The notes below the pieces were generated by a model, which ran no database searches, was not told where the DNA came from, and saw only the letters and a program-made list of their open reading frames with translations. Below are positions 1 to 12,692 of a DNA stretch of 63,811 nucleotides, one piece after another. Position 1 is the first letter of the stretch, and each line of letters opens with the position of its first letter. Position numbers and translations under genes: made by a program. Source of the DNA: an uncultured Gammaproteobacteria bacterium (GTDB lineage: Bacteria; Patescibacteriota; Microgenomatia; Levybacterales; GWA1-39-11); assembly GCA_964427615.1 (NCBI GenBank), contig CAYRUR010000006.1, positions 1-63,811 on the forward strand, given 5' to 3'.

Positions 1-13
1 TTTGTTTGAATTA

Positions 14-50
14 ACTTAAATCCCCGACCGTAAGGTCGTGGGTTGTTTTT
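14..50 (+). terminator. GNRA-loop hairpin plus T-run; left copy of a 29-nt repeat found at both window ends
   Basis: Read directly: acttaaatCCCCGACCgtaaGGTCGTGGGttgtttttt. The same 29-mer with 2 mismatches is at 63772-63800. Confidence 0.4.
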
Positions 51-261
51 TAACTCTACTTTGCCTCCTAAAAGTGCTCATTTGTTTTTTTCTGGATTTT
101 TAGCTCTTTTTCCTAATAGAATGTTTTTATGCTCATCAAGGATAAGTGCTCTTACTACTATTTCAAACATATCACCATTATACACAAAAGCATTTGTAGT
201 ATATGATCCTTACTTGACTTTTATTCTTCTTATGTCGCAAAATAATAAAAGATGACCTCTT

Positions 262-1200
262 ATGCAAAAAACTCAGCTTGATGAATTAATTCGCCAGTTT
301 TTGGAATATTTGGAGATTGAAAAAAATGTCTCCAAGTTAACTATCAGAAATTATAAATTTTACCTCAGTAGATTTTCTCATTGGCTTCAGGAAAATCATC
401 CTGATAAAAATCTTAAGGACTTTAACACTGATTTGATTCGCAAATACCGAGTCCATTTATCAAATATAACTGATGAGCATAATATGACACTCAAGCGTGT
501 CACTCAAAATTATCACATTATTGCTCTACGCTCTTTTTTGCGATTCTTAATACGCAATGACTACTCTACTCTTTCTCCTGAAAAAATTGACTTGCCAAAA
601 GCAGAATCAAAGTCTTTAAAGTTTTTGGAAAGAGATTATTTGCAAGATTTACTGCGGGCTGTAGATGTATCTGATACAAAAGGGTTAAGAGATAGAGCTA
701 TTCTGGAGCTACTATTCTCTACTGGTCTCCGTGTATCAGAACTAGTTGGTCTAAATCGAGACCAAATTAACTTTAAAACACGAGAATTTGGAGTGATTGG
801 TAAAGGGAGGCGGGCAAGAATTGTTTTTCTCTCTGATAGTGCTGCTTTTTGGGTGGAAAAATACCTGGAGACACGTGATGATGAGTATAAGCCTCTTTTT
901 ATCAGATATGCAAAAGAAAAGAGTGTGTTAAATGGAGGAGAGAAAATGCGTCTGACTTCCCGAAGTGTACAAAGAATTGTTGAAAAATATGTAAAAAAAG
1001 CTAAGATTCCCGTGAAAGCTACACCGCACACGCTCAGACACTCTTTTGCTACGGACTTACTTTCTAATGGAGCTGATCTGCGTTCTGTACAGGAAATGTT
1101 GGGACATAAAAATATCTCAACTACGCAAATTTACACTCACGTTACCAATCCACAACTAAAACAAATCCACAAAAAATTTCATCAGGGGAATAAGAGGTGA
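262..1200 (+). CDS. tyrosine site-specific recombinase, XerC/XerD family
   Basis: 312-aa ORF. C-terminal catalytic motifs HTLRHSFAT...LGHKNISTTQIYTHV are typical of Xer/phage-integrase recombinases. Confidence 0.9.
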   Translation: MQKTQLDELIRQFLEYLEIEKNVSKLTIRNYKFYLSRFSHWLQENHPDKNLKDFNTDLIRKYRVHLSNITDEHNMTLKRVTQNYHIIALRSFLRFLIRNDYSTLSPEKIDLPKAESKSLKFLERDYLQDLLRAVDVSDTKGLRDRAILELLFSTGLRVSELVGLNRDQINFKTREFGVIGKGRRARIVFLSDSAAFWVEKYLETRDDEYKPLFIRYAKEKSVLNGGEKMRLTSRSVQRIVEKYVKKAKIPVKATPHTLRHSFATDLLSNGADLRSVQEMLGHKNISTTQIYTHVTNPQLKQIHKKFHQGNKR

Positions 1201-1202
1201 GC

Positions 1203-1498
1203 TGAGTTGCGAGTTAAAAGGTTAACAAGTTAGGGATAAGTATTGAGAAGTAAGTATCTTACTCTCAGTTTTAAATTCTAAGCACTAAATCCGAAATCCT
1301 AAAGAGTGATATACATCGTCATCGCGAAGGAACGTTAGCGACTGTGGCGGTCTCTGTTGGCAACAGGATTGCTTCGCTATCGCTCGCAATGACGTCTTTC
1401 TGTTATCTGTTTACTGTCTTATTCTTATTCCTGAATCTTAAATCATAATTCATGATTCTTACTTCTTAATTCTAATTCCTAAACGCTACACGCTAAGT
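1203..1498. repeat. composite intergenic repeat built from reused short modules
   Basis: Modules in order: gagttgcgagttaa, aattctaa, palindromic core cgtcatcgcgaagg...ctcgcaatgacg (1315-1396), ttctgtt..tttactg, cttaattctaatt, aacgctacacgctaa. The same module order recurs at 57507-57662. Confidence 0.7.
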
Positions 1499-1499
1499 A

Positions 1500-2978
1500 T
1501 TACTTTCCTACCGTAATAATTGCATCGTATTTACTATCTTCGTCTAGTGTCTCGGTAGTAATAGTTTTGAAATCATCTGCTAAGTCTTTTTTTAAGGTTG
1601 AGGCGAGTGTCTCATTTTCTTTCTTTACTGCAATCGTTAGTCCTTCATAGTCAAATGTATCAGCATTTCCTGCACTCACTTGTGTATATCCTTTCTCTTC
1701 GAGTACTTTTGAAGCAGTTCCGGCTGCTCCTCTTTTACCGCTACCATTGAGCACCTGGATACTTACTGCTGTTTTATCAATAGCTTCTGGTGTTGGAGTT
1801 GCAACGACAGAAGGCTCTGGGTTACCTTGTTGTACTGGCGTGGGAACTACTTTTTGTTCTGACTTTTGGGATAAGAGATTATTTGATGTCTGCTGTAGAT
1901 AAGGGAAGGCTACAGTGCCAATTACTCCTAGTATGATAAGAGGTACGGTTATAACGAGTATTTTACTGACAGGAATTCTTGGGTTAAAACGAAGTTTTGA
2001 AGCTGTGTCTGGGCTACTTTCTGTTTTGATTTCTTCTTTTGTCAAGCTATCAGCAACTTGGGCGGGAGGATCTTCTTTTTTAGCGGGGAAAAGTAACGTA
2101 AGAGAAGAGTCACCTTTGGCTAGATTGAGGCTTCTTTCTTTTGCAGATGCAATTGCTGCGCCAATAATGCCCAAATAAAAGCCATATTTCGCTTTTGGTT
2201 CCTCAAGAGGAATAGCATATTCTTCGATAGCTTTTGCAACCACATCCTCAGCTTTTATAACAGGGATATCAGCAATTGGCTTAAGATCAAAAGGATCGCT
2301 TTCTATTCCCTTTTCTCCTCCCAGAATAATCTTTCTTACTTCTTTGTTGTAGCGTTCTTTTATAGTTTTGAAGGCATTTTCGATTTCTTTCTCCAGTGTT
2401 TTTGTCTCAATTGGTTCTGCAAGTGCCAGGAAAGGTCCGTATTTATCGAAGAAAGAGAGCTTTGCTGTTTTTTCTTCTAGTTCTATATACAAAATAACTG
2501 CATCATCTTCAATTTCCTGCTTTATTACCTCATATTCTGCAGCAATTTCAGGGATGATCATGGTTGATCTTGTTTGCTTTTTTTCCAAAATATGCATATA
2601 GGAAAGCAAGGCTTTTTCTGGGGTTCCGGCGAATAAAATAGTGTTAGCACTTTCTGTAGATTTTAATATGGAAAAGTCAGAGGCCAGTTCCTCTAAAGGA
2701 GTTGCAGAGATTTCTTTAGCTTTATCTAGAATAGTTGTAGTAAGTGCTTCTTCTGTGATATAAGAAGGGATATCAAAGCGGAATAAATAGGTCTGGAAAT
2801 CTGAAATGGTAAAACCAATCTTCTCTCTTTCCGGTAATATTTCATAGAGTTTGTCCTCCCAAGCTTCATTTTTTCCAATTTCTATCTTTTTAATGGAGGA
2901 GATTGAAGGATTTCCGGAAGATTTGGGAAGCACTTCGGCAATATAAAGGACTTTTTCGTGGACACGAAAGACAATCAT
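1500..2978 (-). CDS. membrane protein with C-terminal LytR_C-like domain
   Basis: 492-aa ORF. It has a single TM segment (ILVITVPLIILGVIGTVAF). The C-terminal VSIQVLNGSGKRGAAG...ITVGK resembles the LytR cell-envelope C-terminal domain. The N-terminal half is unassigned. Confidence 0.55.
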   Translation of the reverse strand: MIVFRVHEKVLYIAEVLPKSSGNPSISSIKKIEIGKNEAWEDKLYEILPEREKIGFTISDFQTYLFRFDIPSYITEEALTTTILDKAKEISATPLEELASDFSILKSTESANTILFAGTPEKALLSYMHILEKKQTRSTMIIPEIAAEYEVIKQEIEDDAVILYIELEEKTAKLSFFDKYGPFLALAEPIETKTLEKEIENAFKTIKERYNKEVRKIILGGEKGIESDPFDLKPIADIPVIKAEDVVAKAIEEYAIPLEEPKAKYGFYLGIIGAAIASAKERSLNLAKGDSSLTLLFPAKKEDPPAQVADSLTKEEIKTESSPDTASKLRFNPRIPVSKILVITVPLIILGVIGTVAFPYLQQTSNNLLSQKSEQKVVPTPVQQGNPEPSVVATPTPEAIDKTAVSIQVLNGSGKRGAAGTASKVLEEKGYTQVSAGNADTFDYEGLTIAVKKENETLASTLKKDLADDFKTITTETLDEDSKYDAIITVGK

Positions 2979-3020
2979 ACTCTCATTATATGAAATGATA
3001 ATGAGTTTGTACAGGGAAAT

Positions 3021-4160
3021 TTATGCAAGTTGTTTCTCTATTTTTTTCAGTGCGGTGCGCACTGCAGAGGTTACGTGTTTGTCTTCTATTTTAGAGTTAA
3101 GAAGGCCTCCTTTTATGAACTGAATCGCAATACTGATACGGTAGCCAGTTGTTGATCCAATAATATTTTTATATCCATCTATGCGTACTTTTATCCTTCG
3201 TAATGGGTGAGATTTTTCAATTTTTCCTACATATCGGTTGATAATTTCGGTAACTTTTCTTTTTTCATTTTCTGAGAGAAGATTTTTTTTAGTGCTCAGA
3301 TCTAGATGGTACTCTTCTTGCGGTTTTGTTTTCATAATAGCTCGAAGAATAGTGTAAAGAGAAATAACACCGATTGGTTTTTGCTCAAAATCAACAAGAA
3401 TAATACTATTCACTTTTTTTTCTAACATAGTTGAAAGTATTTTTTTTAGTGTCGCTTTTTGTGACAATGTAACAACATAGGGGTTATATATTTCAGTTAA
3501 TTGATAATCTAATCGTTTTATTTTTTCTTGTTCAAAACACTGGGTAACAACAGTATTGCGTATATTACTTGCTCGTGAAGAACGCATTTTGCGGGTAGGT
3601 GCTGTGAGTACTTTTTGGATATCATAGCGGGTTACCAGGCCTTCAATTGTGGCGCTGTTAGCATGGAGCAATATTGCCCCTGCTCTACTCTCCCTTTTTA
3701 ATAATGGATAGATTTCTTTGATTTGAGTTGTAGTAAAAGCAAAGAGAGGTTTTTCCGGCACAATTTTTTCTTTTATTATCTGCATAACATCAGGATAGTC
3801 TAAAAGGCTTTCTATTATTTTTGTGGCTGATATGACTCCGGACACTTTTTCATCGTCAAATATTGGCAAAGTATAGCTGTAATTAGAAAGCATGGAATGG
3901 ACAGCTTCATAGAGAGGAGTGTCTTTGGTGAGATGAGGTGGATGAATGATACATGAGCCTACTTTAGTTGTAGGAGGGAGACGTTTTTTAAAAAGGACTC
4001 GAGAAGGGGTAACTATTCCTTCAAAATTTCCTTTTGAATCATACACAAAAACTCCATCATAACTGCTTTTCGTCTGACCTAAAACTGAACCCAAGGTGTC
4101 TTCCATAGAGGCTCTTGGAATATCTTTTGAAGATATGATGTAGGGTCCAACAGAATACAT
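3021..4160 (-). CDS. CBS-domain (two Bateman modules) protein fused to a C-terminal HPF/RaiA (S30AE)-like domain
   Basis: 379-aa ORF with four CBS-like repeats. The last ~95 aa (LSENEKRKVTEIINRYVGKIEK...RIKVRIDG...YRISIAIQFIKGGLLNSKIEDKHVTSAVRTALKKIEKQL) follow the HPF/RaiA pattern as recalled. Confidence 0.55.
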   Translation of the reverse strand: MYSVGPYIISSKDIPRASMEDTLGSVLGQTKSSYDGVFVYDSKGNFEGIVTPSRVLFKKRLPPTTKVGSCIIHPPHLTKDTPLYEAVHSMLSNYSYTLPIFDDEKVSGVISATKIIESLLDYPDVMQIIKEKIVPEKPLFAFTTTQIKEIYPLLKRESRAGAILLHANSATIEGLVTRYDIQKVLTAPTRKMRSSRASNIRNTVVTQCFEQEKIKRLDYQLTEIYNPYVVTLSQKATLKKILSTMLEKKVNSIILVDFEQKPIGVISLYTILRAIMKTKPQEEYHLDLSTKKNLLSENEKRKVTEIINRYVGKIEKSHPLRRIKVRIDGYKNIIGSTTGYRISIAIQFIKGGLLNSKIEDKHVTSAVRTALKKIEKQLA

Positions 4161-4256
4161 GTTACCATTCTTTTACATCATAAGTACTAAAACTTGAATA
4201 ACTTTGGGTAAGAAATTAGTAATAGGTGATTTCTATAAAAGATAACGAGTGAGTTG

Positions 4257-5093
4257 TTATGCCTTGTTTTGTTGCATTTTTGCAGCTTTCACTAAATTGA
4301 GGAAGAGATAGGCAAGATTTAAGGGCCCTACTCCACCAGGGGTTGGCGTGTAGTAAACTGCTTTTTCTTTAATTTGCTCTTCATCATAATCTCCTTGGAG
4401 TCCTTTTTCTCCTCTGCTTACTCCGATACCGATTAGTATAGCTCCTTTTTTGATATCTTTTGCCTCCACTACTCTTTTCCCAACAGCGCTTATGATAATA
4501 TCAGCATTTCCCAGAATTTCTGCTTTATTTGGTGTAGTGCTATCTATAACTATAGGATTATATCTCTTTTTTTTCAATCCGTTGATAGTTGGTAAGCCTC
4601 CTGTCTCTCCTTTGCCAACAACGGCAATAGTTTTATTTTGTAACAGCCTATCTAAAGTCGTTTTTTGCTGTTCTGCTATAAAGGTCAAAATGTGCTCCAC
4701 CGCAAGCCATACGGGTACTGCAAAAAAAGAATGTTCTTGAAATCCATCAATATCTTTTTGAGGGTCAATTGCACTTATGACTTTTTCTTTATCTAGGGTG
4801 TTGGGAAAAGGACGCTGGACAATAATGCCATGGGTATTTTCATCCTCATTTAATGCTTTAAGGGTAGTAAAAAGATCTTCTGCCTTGTTGTCTGTTATAT
4901 TAATAAGAGTTGCTTTAAGACCTAAGCGCTTTGCTAATTTTAACTTTTGATGCACATACGTTTGCCATGAGGACTCCTCTCCTAGGGTAACAATGGCAAT
5001 TTTAGGAGTAATGCTCTGAGAAGACAATTTCTCTAATTCTTTGTATATTTGGTTTTTAACTATTTGTGCAAGTATTTTACCTGAGATTTCCAT
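4257..5093 (-). CDS. folD: bifunctional methylenetetrahydrofolate dehydrogenase/cyclohydrolase
   Basis: 278-aa ORF. It has an NAD(P) Rossmann segment VVGKGETGG and the C-terminal TPTPGGVGPLNLAYL signature. Confidence 0.9.
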   Translation of the reverse strand: MEISGKILAQIVKNQIYKELEKLSSQSITPKIAIVTLGEESSWQTYVHQKLKLAKRLGLKATLINITDNKAEDLFTTLKALNEDENTHGIIVQRPFPNTLDKEKVISAIDPQKDIDGFQEHSFFAVPVWLAVEHILTFIAEQQKTTLDRLLQNKTIAVVGKGETGGLPTINGLKKKRYNPIVIDSTTPNKAEILGNADIIISAVGKRVVEAKDIKKGAILIGIGVSRGEKGLQGDYDEEQIKEKAVYYTPTPGGVGPLNLAYLFLNLVKAAKMQQNKA

Positions 5094-5152
5094 AATGTTT
5101 GATTTAGATATTCTTTTTTTGCTTACATCATTATAGCAGACAAGGAGGAAAA

Positions 5153-5701
5153 CTAGGTATTATGGAGGGTTGTTTTTTTTAGAACACGATATCTGAGAAG
5201 GAGAGTTCCGGTAGGATTCATTTTTTCAATAGAAAGCAGTTGGAGAGGGATATCGTACCGTTCGTGTTTAACAATGCCATTTCCCATACCAAATAGTTTT
5301 GGTTCTACTGTTAACCAGAGCTCATCTACTAGATTTACTTCAAAGAATGCACTATTTACATCTGCTCCACTCACCAAAAGTGCTTGGTCAAAGTCTTGTG
5401 AAAGTCTTTTTATCAAATGAGTTGGGGATTCATTACTGAATTCAAGCATACCAGGTATTTGCTCTGATTTGTGCTGTTCTGGATTTCGAGTCAGGACAAT
5501 ACGCAGACGTCCAGAAGTATGCTTCATCGCATACTTGGCTGCATCATACGTTTTTCTACCCATGATGATCAAGCTATACTCTTGTAGAAGTGAGGAAAAA
5601 TGTTCTTGGTCTTCTTTTGAGGCCCAGTCTTTCTGTGAAGTCGTTTCCCATTTGGTGGATCTCCCATCAAGAGAGGTTACCATAGCAAGTATTATTTTCA
5701 T
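5153..5701 (-). CDS. RibD C-terminal domain / dihydrofolate-reductase-like protein
   Basis: 182-aa ORF starting [16 protein letters not shown].., with IIMGRKTY and [10 protein letters not shown] motifs of the RibD_C/DHFR-like fold. It lies adjacent to folD and has a 4-nt overlap with the gyrA stop. Confidence 0.6.
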   Translation of the reverse strand: MKIILAMVTSLDGRSTKWETTSQKDWASKEDQEHFSSLLQEYSLIIMGRKTYDAAKYAMKHTSGRLRIVLTRNPEQHKSEQIPGMLEFSNESPTHLIKRLSQDFDQALLVSGADVNSAFFEVNLVDELWLTVEPKLFGMGNGIVKHERYDIPLQLLSIEKMNPTGTLLLRYRVLKKTTLHNT

Positions 5702-8262
5702 GCCTCTTCATTTTCGGTAATAACCGTGGCGCTTGCTACTTGATCTTTTGCTTTGGAAAATCGCATCAGGATAACACCTTGTGCTGCTCGAGATAATGTT
5801 GGGACGGAATTGGCTGAAATTTTTACAATCTGTCCAAGATTTGAGGTTATAATAATTTCCTTTGCTGTCTCATCTGTGATAGTTGCTAGTACGATTTTAC
5901 CTGTCTTGTCAGTAATATTGGCTATTTTAACGCCCTGCCCTCCCCTATTTTGATTCCGTACCGTGGCTACCTTTGTCTTTTTTCCAATTCCATTTTGTGT
6001 AAGAACGAGTATTAGCTTATTTGGATCACCTACTACATCCATGCTAACTACCTCATCATTGCTGGCCAGCTTAATACCTCTTACACCCATACTGGATCTA
6101 CCTGTTGCGCGAATTTGTTCTTCTTTGAAAGCAATAATTTTTCCTTCACGAGTTACTAGCATCACGTCATCGTCACCACCGGTTACTCTGACCCAGGAAA
6201 GTGCATCACCCGAATCCAATTTGATCGCAATAATACCACTCTTTCTAATGTTGGTAAATTCTGTGAGTTTTGTTTTTTTCACTACTCCTTTGCGAGTTGC
6301 CATCACAATAAATTTCTTGTCTTCAAAATCTTTAGGATTGTAGGTAAGGATAGATTCAATTGTCTCATCAGAGGTAATATCAATGACATTTACAATTGCT
6401 TGTCCTTTTCCTACTCTACTACCTTCACCTATTTCATAGACACGAGTTTGATACACTTTTCCTTTATTGGTAAAGAACAAAACGTGATCGTGTGTTTGAG
6501 CATAGAGAATGTGTTCTATGCCATCACCTTCTTTGGTAGTCATTCCTTTGATACCTTTTCCTCCCCGTGCTTGAGTCTTAAAGGAAGTAAGATTTTGTCT
6601 TTTGATATAACCTGTTTTGGTAAGCGTGATAACAGTTGGCTCATTTTGAATCAGGTCTTCTTCACTAAATTCTCCTACTTTTGATTTATATACTTTAGTG
6701 CGTCTAGCATCGCCAAATTTTTCTTTGATTTTGAGTATTTCGTCTTTGACTACAGCCAAAATTTTAGCTGGATCAGCCAAAAGAGCTTCCAGGTAATCAA
6801 TCAGTTCTTTAACCACTCTCCATTCCTCCTCAAGTTTTTCAATTTCAAGAGCTGAAAGACGTCTTAGTTGCATATCAAGAATAGCAGTTGTTTGAATTTC
6901 TGAGAGTTCAAAACGCTGCATAAGATTTGTTCTGGCTTCTTCAGTATTTTTAGAACCTCTAATAATTTTTACTACTTCATCAATGTTTTTAACCGCAATC
7001 ATCAATCCGTCCAGAATATGCAGTCTTGCTTTTGCTTGCTTTAGCTCATATTCAGATCTTCTGGTAACTACAATAAAACGATGCTTGATGTATTCATCAA
7101 TGATAGTCTTGAGGCCTACTGTTCTGGGAATGCCGTTTACCAAGGTTACGAAGTTAGCAGAGAAGGAAGTCTGCATAGCTGTGTTTTTATACAGGTTATT
7201 AAGTACTTTCTTAGGAGAGGTATCTCTTTTTAGCTCTATAACTACGCGAATACCATGTCGGTCAGATTCATCACGTAAATCGGTAATACCGTCAATTCTC
7301 TTCTCTTTGGCAAGTTCTGCAATTTTTGCAACCAATGCTGCTTTATTTACTTGGTAAGGGAGTTCTCGGATGATAATAGCACTTTTACCTGATCCTATTT
7401 CTTCAATTTCTGCAACACCTCTAATAATAATTCTTCCTCTTCCGGTCTTGTACACGTTGCGGATTTCTTCCCAGTCATAAATAGCGCCTTTTGTAGGAAA
7501 GTCTGGTCCTTTTACATATTCAAGTAGCTGATCTACGGTTACATCAGATGAAAGTTCTACTTCTGCTTTTGTTTCCATCTCAGGTAGATTGAGTCCTTCA
7601 CCAATATCTTTCACACTTTGCTCTTCCGCAGGTTTTACTTCTGCTTTTTGATGGGTAGTTCGGTCAATAGTAAAGGCAACTGCATCAATTACTTCAGTCA
7701 AGTTATGAGGTGGAATTTTAGTAGCCATACCTACGGCAATACCTTCACTTCCCATAAGAAGCAGATTTGGCAGTTTTGCCGGAAGATACACAGGCTCTTG
7801 CATAGATCCATCAAAGTTGGGGATGAATTCAACTGTTTCCTTATCAATATCAAAAAGCATCTCAGTTGCAATTTGCGTAAGTTTTGCTTCTGTATAACGC
7901 ATGGCTGCTGGTGGATCTCCGTCCATAGATCCAAAATTTCCCTGTCCATTTACTAATGGATAGCGCATAGAGAAATCCTGGGCCAGGCGGACCAAGGCAT
8001 CGTAAATGGCAGAGTCTCCATGAGGATGGAATTTACCCATTACTTCTCCGACAATTTTTGCTGATTTTGCGTATTTTGCAGTTGGGGAAAGATTCATCTC
8101 ATGCATGGCATAGAGTATTCTTCTATGCACTGGCTTGAGTCCGTCTCTAATATCAGGCAAAGCACGAGATACAATAACAGACATTGCGTAGTCAAGGTAC
8201 GCTTTTTTTGTCTCTTGTGTAATATCAATGTGTTCTAATTTTCCAATGTTTGTGTGTTCCAT
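5698..8262 (-). CDS. gyrA: DNA gyrase subunit A
   Basis: 854-aa ORF. Motifs: [21 protein letters not shown] (catalytic Tyr region), and C-terminal beta-pinwheel repeats. Confidence 0.97.
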   Translation of the reverse strand: MEHTNIGKLEHIDITQETKKAYLDYAMSVIVSRALPDIRDGLKPVHRRILYAMHEMNLSPTAKYAKSAKIVGEVMGKFHPHGDSAIYDALVRLAQDFSMRYPLVNGQGNFGSMDGDPPAAMRYTEAKLTQIATEMLFDIDKETVEFIPNFDGSMQEPVYLPAKLPNLLLMGSEGIAVGMATKIPPHNLTEVIDAVAFTIDRTTHQKAEVKPAEEQSVKDIGEGLNLPEMETKAEVELSSDVTVDQLLEYVKGPDFPTKGAIYDWEEIRNVYKTGRGRIIIRGVAEIEEIGSGKSAIIIRELPYQVNKAALVAKIAELAKEKRIDGITDLRDESDRHGIRVVIELKRDTSPKKVLNNLYKNTAMQTSFSANFVTLVNGIPRTVGLKTIIDEYIKHRFIVVTRRSEYELKQAKARLHILDGLMIAVKNIDEVVKIIRGSKNTEEARTNLMQRFELSEIQTTAILDMQLRRLSALEIEKLEEEWRVVKELIDYLEALLADPAKILAVVKDEILKIKEKFGDARRTKVYKSKVGEFSEEDLIQNEPTVITLTKTGYIKRQNLTSFKTQARGGKGIKGMTTKEGDGIEHILYAQTHDHVLFFTNKGKVYQTRVYEIGEGSRVGKGQAIVNVIDITSDETIESILTYNPKDFEDKKFIVMATRKGVVKKTKLTEFTNIRKSGIIAIKLDSGDALSWVRVTGGDDDVMLVTREGKIIAFKEEQIRATGRSSMGVRGIKLASNDEVVSMDVVGDPNKLILVLTQNGIGKKTKVATVRNQNRGGQGVKIANITDKTGKIVLATITDETAKEIIITSNLGQIVKISANSVPTLSRAAQGVILMRFSKAKDQVASATVITENEEA

Positions 8263-8313
8263 AATTAAAAATAAGCGTCTGAAGTAAAAAATACTCCAGA
8301 CGTTTGGTCTTAA

Positions 8314-8826
8314 TTACTGAGCATTTTTAATACCATTAGTAATTTCTTCAATAGCCTTTTCTTTGGGTAACCAGTCTTTAACTTTTACCCATTTCCCTTT
8401 GTCTAATGCTTTATAGTGCTCAAAGAAATGTTTGATACGTGCTTTTGTATCTTCTGGTACATCAGTAATGTCTTGCATAGAGCCATAGGTAGTATCTCCT
8501 GTTACGGCAGGTACTGCTAACACTTTGGCGTCTACCCCTGACTCGTCTTCCATTTCAAGCATACCAATAGGTCTTGCAGGAAGGACAACTCCTGGGATAA
8601 CACTTTTTTCTGAAAGAACCAATACATCTACTGGGTCTCCATCTCCGGAAAGGGTTCCAGGTACAAAACCATAATTGCATGGATAATTAAGGTTGGTTTT
8701 TGAGAATCTATCAACAAATAGATATCCTCCTTCCTTGTCATATTCATACTTTACATTTGTATCTTTTGGTATTTCAATAAATACGTTTACTTCTTCTGGT
8801 GCGTTTTTTCCGTAATGTATTTGCAT
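8314..8826 (-). CDS. ppa: inorganic pyrophosphatase (family I)
   Basis: 170-aa ORF. NYPCNYGFVPGTLSGDGDPVDVLV matches the PPase signature D-x-D-P-x-D. Confidence 0.9.
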   Translation of the reverse strand: MQIHYGKNAPEEVNVFIEIPKDTNVKYEYDKEGGYLFVDRFSKTNLNYPCNYGFVPGTLSGDGDPVDVLVLSEKSVIPGVVLPARPIGMLEMEDESGVDAKVLAVPAVTGDTTYGSMQDITDVPEDTKARIKHFFEHYKALDKGKWVKVKDWLPKEKAIEEITNGIKNAQ

Positions 8827-8847
8827 AGTTATTTCACCTCCCTTTAT

Positions 8848-11486
<2,639 letters not shown>

Positions 11487-12689
11487 TTACTGAATCTGGG
11501 AAATAATTTGGTAGATAGGAGAGATAACGGCAAAAATCAAAAAAGCCACAATGCCACCCAAGACTACGATAAGCAACGGTTCAATAGAGGTGGTAAGGGT
11601 TTTAATCTTCTGATTTAAATCTCTTTCAAAATATTCTGATACTTTATAGAGTCCTTCATCAATTTTACCGCTGGATTCTCCTACTTTTACCATTTGTACT
11701 ATGGTAGGAGGAAATAGGTTTTGCGCGTCAAGTGCTTGAGAAAGAGGGATACCCTTCTCTATTAGTTCCGCTGTGGAAAGGAGAGCATTTTTATAAGAAA
11801 GATTGCCTGCAACATTTGCGGTAATATTAAGCGCTTCTATGATAGAGACGCCTGAGCTAATAAGAAGCGATAAGGTTCTTGAAACTTCATCCAGGATAGA
11901 CAATGTTGTAATTTGTCCAAAGACTGGAATTTTCAGCTTTACTTTGTCAATAACTCCAATGCTTAATTTATTTTGCTGAAGACGCTTGTAGAGCACAAAT
12001 AAACCGCCTGAGAATAAAATCAGAAGGGGAAAAATAGTAAATGAATAATTAGAAAATGCTAGCACCAAGCGTGTTACAAAAGGTAGCTCTACCCCTAAGC
12101 TTTCATATAGCTGTCCAAGTTGAGGTACCACAAAAATATTCATAACCACAATTACTAGTAACACACCTACGATGATAATAAGAGGGTAAAATAAAGCTCC
12201 TCGTATCTGCCTTTTGATGTTATCACTTTTTTCTAAATTATCTGCTAGTCTTTCAAGTACTTTGTCCAAAAGTCCTCCTGCCTCAGCAGCCTTGATCAGG
12301 GCAATGTAGGTGGGTGAAAAGATATGGGGATAGTTCTGCAATGCTTTTGAAAAGGTCTCTCCTTCTGAAATGTTGGCTATCAAATCAGTAATGACCTCTT
12401 TCATGGCAGGATTTGCTGCTTGTTGTTTGAGTACATTGAGTGACTCCACAAGGGTTAAACCGGTTAGCACCATAGAAGAAAGCTGACGGGTAAATAAAAC
12501 AATATCGTTGTTCGTAATTTTTTTAAAAAAAGGTAGGCTATGTACTACTGACTCTTTTGCGGGTTTTATTTCAAGAGGTACGAGGTTGTTACTGCGCATG
12601 TAATCCAGTACTTCTTGTTGGTTATTTGCCTCTATAAGTCCTTTTTTTCTTTTGCCACTTGTGTCAACACCTAGATAGGAGAATTTCAT
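11487..12689 (-). CDS. pilC: type IV pilus platform protein (GspF/PilC family)
   Basis: 400-aa ORF with duplicated T2SS-F domains and three TM segments. It lies directly downstream of pilT/pilB. Confidence 0.9.
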   Translation of the reverse strand: MKFSYLGVDTSGKRKKGLIEANNQQEVLDYMRSNNLVPLEIKPAKESVVHSLPFFKKITNNDIVLFTRQLSSMVLTGLTLVESLNVLKQQAANPAMKEVITDLIANISEGETFSKALQNYPHIFSPTYIALIKAAEAGGLLDKVLERLADNLEKSDNIKRQIRGALFYPLIIIVGVLLVIVVMNIFVVPQLGQLYESLGVELPFVTRLVLAFSNYSFTIFPLLILFSGGLFVLYKRLQQNKLSIGVIDKVKLKIPVFGQITTLSILDEVSRTLSLLISSGVSIIEALNITANVAGNLSYKNALLSTAELIEKGIPLSQALDAQNLFPPTIVQMVKVGESSGKIDEGLYKVSEYFERDLNQKIKTLTTSIEPLLIVVLGGIVAFLIFAVISPIYQIISQIQ

Positions 12690-12692
12690 GCG

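Noticed and set aside
43-255. 70-aa ORF upstream of the recombinase gene
   Set aside because: It starts at TTG immediately after the terminator-like hairpin. It is hydrophobic and low-complexity, with no SD or promoter-proximal ATG. It is probably noncoding promoter or spacer DNA.
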